Assembly: GCA_964014485.1 (NCBI GenBank)
Contig: CAXHAT010000235.1
Location: 1 to 10,921, forward strand
Length of the DNA stretch: 10,921 nt
Source: an uncultured Deferribacteres bacterium
GTDB taxonomy: Bacteria; Zhuqueibacterota; Zhuqueibacteria; Zhuqueibacterales; Geothermadaptataceae
Direction: 5' to 3'
Within the stretch, counting starts at the first letter, position 1. Each line of letters starts with the position of its first letter. Of the stretch, positions 7,208-10,921 are shown piece after piece. The position numbers and the translations under genes were made by a program. The notes below the pieces were generated by a model. It searched no databases, had not been told where the DNA came from, and was given only the letters and a program-made list of their open reading frames with translations.

Positions 7208-8035
7208 ATGAGTACAATTGAAATAGAAAAAGAGACGGCGGCAGTTTCGGGCGATGGGCTGGATAAATTAGATTTATCTCCAAAGCTGCGCAAAATCGGC
7301 CAATACTGGAACGAGCGCATCCACGACCTGGAATTGGCAAAACACCCGGTCGGCACCCTCGGCTTTTTTGACGATTTGGACGAGTATCGTTTTGACAAAT
7401 TGCGCTACTTGCCAAAACTGGTCGATTTCAACGGCTATCGCGGCAAGAAAATTCTGGAGATCGGCTGCGGCGCGGGAATCGACATTGCGCGCTTCGCGAA
7501 AGGCGGCGCGGAAGTTGTCGGCGTTGACCTTTCCAAAACGGCGATTGAACTGGCTCGTAAAAATTTAGCTCAGCGCGATTTGCACGGCGAGTTTCACATC
7601 ATGGACGGCGAAGCGCTCGACTTTGACGACAATCAATTTGACGTTGTTTATGCGCACGGCGTTTTGCAATACACCGAAGATCCGCACAAAATGGCGCGAG
7701 AAATGTTTCGCGTGCTCAAGCCCGGCGGCGAAGCGATTGCAATGGTTTACAATCGCATTTCCTGGCTCAACGCGCTTTCGAAAGTGATGAAAGTTGATCT
7801 TGAACACGAAGACGCACCAGTGCTCGTCAAGTATTCCATCAAAGAATTCAAAAATATTCTTTCGCCTTTTCCAAATTTGAAGATTGTCCCGGAGCGTTTC
7901 CCAGTCAAAAGTCGTCTGCACAAGGGCTGGAAAGGCGCAGCCTTCAACGGCGTGTTCGTCCCTGCTTTTGAGTACCTGCCTAAAGCGCTGGTGCGCCCGT
8001 TGGGATGGCATATCATGGGATTTGGGTATAAATGA
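7208..8035 (+). CDS. Class I SAM-dependent methyltransferase (Methyltransf_11/UbiE-like fold)
   Basis: ILEIGCGAG (motif I), VVGVDLS, MDGEALDFDDNQFDVVYAHGVLQY, EMFRVLKPGG. Start at ATG 7208 or GTG 7199. Confidence 0.92.
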   Translation: MSTIEIEKETAAVSGDGLDKLDLSPKLRKIGQYWNERIHDLELAKHPVGTLGFFDDLDEYRFDKLRYLPKLVDFNGYRGKKILEIGCGAGIDIARFAKGGAEVVGVDLSKTAIELARKNLAQRDLHGEFHIMDGEALDFDDNQFDVVYAHGVLQYTEDPHKMAREMFRVLKPGGEAIAMVYNRISWLNALSKVMKVDLEHEDAPVLVKYSIKEFKNILSPFPNLKIVPERFPVKSRLHKGWKGAAFNGVFVPAFEYLPKALVRPLGWHIMGFGYK

Positions 8036-8216
8036 TTTTCATTCTTGCAGAACCCGAATCCCGCTGTTTCGTTCTGAGAGAATCTTTGTTATCGTCCGGT
8101 GCAGAATACGCCCAAAACTCAAAGGTTAGGCAAAACAGAATCCTCCTGAATGACAAAAAAAGCGCTCTGGAGTCAAACCATACAACTTACCAAAATTGCG
8201 GGGGAAATTTCACTGC

Positions 8217-9935
8217 ATGAAGCGCGATCTCACGAAACTCGCCTCAAAAGAATACGATTTGATCATTATCGGCGCGGGGATTTACGGCGCCTGGGCGGCT
8301 TGGGACGCAACGCTTCGCGGGCTTTCCGTCGCCATTGTCGACAAGGGCGATTTTGGCGGCGCCACGTCGTCGAACAGCCTCAAAATAATTCACGGCGGCT
8401 TGCGTTATCTGCAACACGCAGACTTCAAACGGATGCGCGAATCGATCCGCGAACGTACGACATTGATGCGCGTCGCGCCGCATCTGGTGCACCCTCTGCC
8501 GTGCGTTATGCCGACTTACGGTCACGGAATCAAAGGTCGCGAAGCCATGTTTTGCGCCCTTGCTCTCAACGACTTTGTCAGCCTTGACCGTAATTTCCTC
8601 GACGACCCGCAAAAGCATCTCCCAGGCGGAAGCATTTTCTCCAAAGACAAACTCCTGCGAATTCTGCCCGGCCTGGACGAAGAGGGACTGACTGGCGGCG
8701 CCCTGTGGTACGATTGCCAAATCTACAATTCTGAGAGGCTCTTGATCTCATTAATTTCCGGCGCAGTGGAGCGAGGCGCGGAAGCTGCAAACTACGCGCG
8801 CGTCGAAAGTTTTCTACGCGATGAAAATCGGATTTTGGGCGTGCGGATCAGCGACCAAACAGACGGGCGCTCGTTTAAGATTCGCGGCAAAATGGTATTG
8901 AATTGCAGCGGGCCGTGGATCAACGAAACTTTGGGGTTGCTAAAAAACAACATATCCGCCGAAGAATTTCGCCTTTCGAAAGCGATGAATTTGGTCGTCA
9001 AACGCAAACTTGTTCGCAAGTTTGCGGCGGGCGTGCCAAGCAAGCGAACGTTCGTCGACTCCGACGCGGTTTTGAGCACCGGCTCGCGAATGCTTTTTCT
9101 TGCGCCCTGGCGGCAATACACGCTGATCGGCACAACGCACCTGATTTATGACGGCGAGCCGGAAAACTTTCGCATTTCTGAAAAAGACGTTGTTGAATTC
9201 CTCGATGAATTTAATCAGGCTTGGCCTGCGATGCGCGTAAAACGGGAAGAGATCGGATTTTTCTACGGCGGCCTCTTGCCGGCGGACGAGGGGCTCGATG
9301 CGACAGGACAAGCCAAAATCACCAAACACTATAAATTGGTCGATCACGCCGAAGACTTTCATCTCGGCGGCTTGATTTCAGTGTTGGGCGTGAAGTTTAC
9401 GACTGCCCGAGACGTGGCCGAAAAAGCGATTGATCTGGCGTTTCGCAAGCTCGGGAAAAAGAATCTTCCTTCAGCCACGCGCACCAAGCCGATTCCCGGC
9501 GGCAGCATTTTGCATCTGGACGATTACATTCTTGGAGAAATAGAAAAACGCCCTTGGGGACTGGAAGCTAATCAAGTTCGCCGCCTGATTTATAACTACG
9601 GGCGCAACTACGAGGCCGTTCTAAACATGTTAGACGAAAATTCCGATTGGCGGGCAGTGGTGGATTCACAGGAAAAAACGTTGTGGACTGAGGTTGCCTA
9701 CGCCGTCCGCAATGAAATGGCTGTTACGCTTTCGGACGCCGTGCGTCGGCGTACAGAACTTGGTTCGGCCGTTTGTCCGGCTGACGAGACTTTTGAAAAA
9801 GTCAGCCGCTTCATGGCAAATCAACTCGACTGGAACGAGTCCAAAAGGCGGGAAGAAGTTGAAGCGGCGAAAGCAATTTACACGCCTGACAAAACTGCCG
9901 AAAAAGTGCCCGACAGCGAATCAATCATTGATTAA
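8217..9935 (+). CDS. glpD: Glycerol-3-phosphate dehydrogenase/oxidase family FAD-dependent oxidoreductase (GlpD-like)
   Basis: YDLIIIGAGIYG, DFGGATSSNSLKIIHGGLRYL, ERTTLMRVAPHLV, VLNCSGPW, TLIGTT, GVKFTTARDVAE and C-terminal EVAYAVRNEMAVTLSDAVRRRT. ATG 8217 is preferred over TTG 8196. Confidence 0.88.
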   Translation: MKRDLTKLASKEYDLIIIGAGIYGAWAAWDATLRGLSVAIVDKGDFGGATSSNSLKIIHGGLRYLQHADFKRMRESIRERTTLMRVAPHLVHPLPCVMPTYGHGIKGREAMFCALALNDFVSLDRNFLDDPQKHLPGGSIFSKDKLLRILPGLDEEGLTGGALWYDCQIYNSERLLISLISGAVERGAEAANYARVESFLRDENRILGVRISDQTDGRSFKIRGKMVLNCSGPWINETLGLLKNNISAEEFRLSKAMNLVVKRKLVRKFAAGVPSKRTFVDSDAVLSTGSRMLFLAPWRQYTLIGTTHLIYDGEPENFRISEKDVVEFLDEFNQAWPAMRVKREEIGFFYGGLLPADEGLDATGQAKITKHYKLVDHAEDFHLGGLISVLGVKFTTARDVAEKAIDLAFRKLGKKNLPSATRTKPIPGGSILHLDDYILGEIEKRPWGLEANQVRRLIYNYGRNYEAVLNMLDENSDWRAVVDSQEKTLWTEVAYAVRNEMAVTLSDAVRRRTELGSAVCPADETFEKVSRFMANQLDWNESKRREEVEAAKAIYTPDKTAEKVPDSESIID

Positions 9936-10176
9936 CTGACGTCACGCACGCCAACGCATCGTCTGTTGCTCAAACACGAACATCGTTTCATTAGCGCCGG
10001 GCTTGAGCCCGGTGACGCGCAAGATGCTCATTTCCCTCTCTCCGCCGCGCCAGCGCGGCGGAGAGATGGGCGCCCGTCTTCAAAAGTCTCCGCTCTGAAG
10101 AGCGGAGCTAATGAGAATCAAAAGTTGCCTACGGCTTTTGATTGCGCAAGCCAAACGACGCGCACGTAACATCAGT
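9935..10176. mobile_element. Putative 242-bp non-autonomous MITE-like element with imperfect terminal inverted repeats and 5-bp target duplication
   Basis: Left end ACTGACGTCACGCACGC versus right end (reverse complement) ACTGATGTTACGTGCGC, 13/17 identical. Flanked by direct repeat GATTA (9930-9934 and 10177-10181). Removing it gives a tidy convergent glpD/HAD stop overlap. Confidence 0.6.
9988..10114. repeat. REPIN-like doublet: two inverted 27-bp TTAG-footed REP hairpins around a central hairpin
   Basis: 9988-10014 TCATTAGCGCCGGGCTTGAGCCCGGTG versus reverse complement of 10088-10114 TCATTAGCTCCGCTCTTCAGAGCGGAG, 20/27 identical with compensatory stem changes. Central perfect inverted repeat TCTCTCCGCCGCGC-CA-GCGCGGCGGAGAGA (10037-10066). 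Confidence 0.75.
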
Positions 10177-10836
10177 GATTAACTGAACCAGTTCCTGGGG
10201 ATTTTTGTAGACCGCGTCCGCTTCCTGAAGATATTTTGCATCGAGCGTCGTTGCTAATGCGGCGCAACGCATACCCGCCGCTTTCGCCGAAGCAATTCCC
10301 ATGGGCGCGTTTTCAATAACAAGACAAACTTTGGGGCTCAAACCGAGTTTGCTCGCCGCGGCAAGATAAGGCGCGGGGGCCGGCTTGCCTTTTTCGGCGT
10401 CTTCGACCGTGACAATGGCGTCGAACAACTTCAAAAACGATGCATCAACAGCAGCGTCAAGATTTTTGCGCAACGTGCCTGTGACCAAGCCTGTTTTTCG
10501 CCTAGAGCCTTTCAATTTCTTCAAAAGCTCGACCACTCCGGGGAAGGGCGCGGCCTGATTGTGTTTTTGGAAATGGACGTTTTTTTGTTGAATCAAGTTT
10601 GCGATTTCATCTTCAGGCAGACTCATTCCCGCCTCTTCCAAAATTAGTGCGGCAATTTCTTCTACCGGACGACCTTCATTATAATAAACGACAAACGGGT
10701 TGAACGGAATCTTCCTTTTCTCGAGGACATGCTCCCAAGCTTCAATATGAAACTCAAAACTGTCCGCGAGCGTGCCGTCAAAATCAAACAAGACCGCTTT
10801 TGCATCTTTCAACAAATTCGACGTATTTTTTTTCAT
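10129..10836 (-). CDS. HAD-superfamily phosphatase (beta-phosphoglucomutase/CbbY-like, subfamily IA)
   Basis: AVLFDFDGTLADS (motif I DxDxT), GLVTG (motif II), GKPAPAPY (motif III), LVIENAPMGIASAKAAGM (motif IV). Confidence 0.93.
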   Translation of the reverse strand: MKKNTSNLLKDAKAVLFDFDGTLADSFEFHIEAWEHVLEKRKIPFNPFVVYYNEGRPVEEIAALILEEAGMSLPEDEIANLIQQKNVHFQKHNQAAPFPGVVELLKKLKGSRRKTGLVTGTLRKNLDAAVDASFLKLFDAIVTVEDAEKGKPAPAPYLAAASKLGLSPKVCLVIENAPMGIASAKAAGMRCAALATTLDAKYLQEADAVYKNPQELVQLITDVTCASFGLRNQKP

Positions 10837-10837
10837 A

Positions 10838-10852
10838 ACTGATGTTACGCGC
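10838..10852 (+). repeat. Third copy of the MITE-like terminal repeat
   Basis: ACTGATGTTACGCGC, 14/15 identical to the reverse complement of 10162-10176; separated by 1 nt from the HAD start codon. Confidence 0.55.
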
Positions 10853-10883
10853 CAGCAGTGACGCCATAGAAACTCTCGTTAAA

Positions 10884-10910
10884 GTCATTCCCGCGCAGGC
10901 GGGAATCCAG
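10884..10910 (+). repeat. dRS3-like / GTCA-footed REP palindrome
   Basis: GTCATTCCCGCGCAGGCGGGAATCCAG; the core ATTCCC-N8-GGGAAT (10887-10906) matches the Neisseria dRS3 consensus. Confidence 0.8.
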
Positions 10911-10921
10911 TCAATCGCGCA

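Noticed and set aside
8066..8155. Possible degenerate GTCA-type REP pair between the methyltransferase and glpD
   Set aside because: Only about 12/20 identity between arms, too weak without genome-wide copies.
9966..10169. 67-aa ORF inside the MITE-like element
   Set aside because: TTG start, no SD, runs through GC-rich hairpins and has no transposase motifs.

Overview
A bacterial contig end of mid-range GC whose first 30 nt are an untrimmed Nextera/Tn5 adapter. Genes in order: a truncated GAF + sigma-54 AAA+ activator (- strand, missed by the ORF track); a small DUF2582-like winged-helix protein with its own promoter, SD and terminator; a secreted CocE/NonD-fold protein lacking the catalytic Ser, His and oxyanion Tyr residues (likely pseudo-enzyme), bracketed by two 28-bp GTAG REP palindromes; an NAD(P)/FAD oxidoreductase plus a membrane 4Fe-4S polyferredoxin (-); a DUF433/DUF5615 PIN-like toxin-antitoxin pair; a class I SAM methyltransferase; a GlpD-like FAD oxidoreductase; and a HAD phosphatase (-). 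The most unusual non-coding feature is a 242-bp MITE-like insertion (9935-10176) with ACTGAYGTYACG ends, a GATTA target duplication and an internal REPIN-like structure. It replaces the C-terminus of the HAD gene. A matching end begins at 10838 and is followed by a dRS3-like palindrome. All family assignments come from motif recognition, not database searches.
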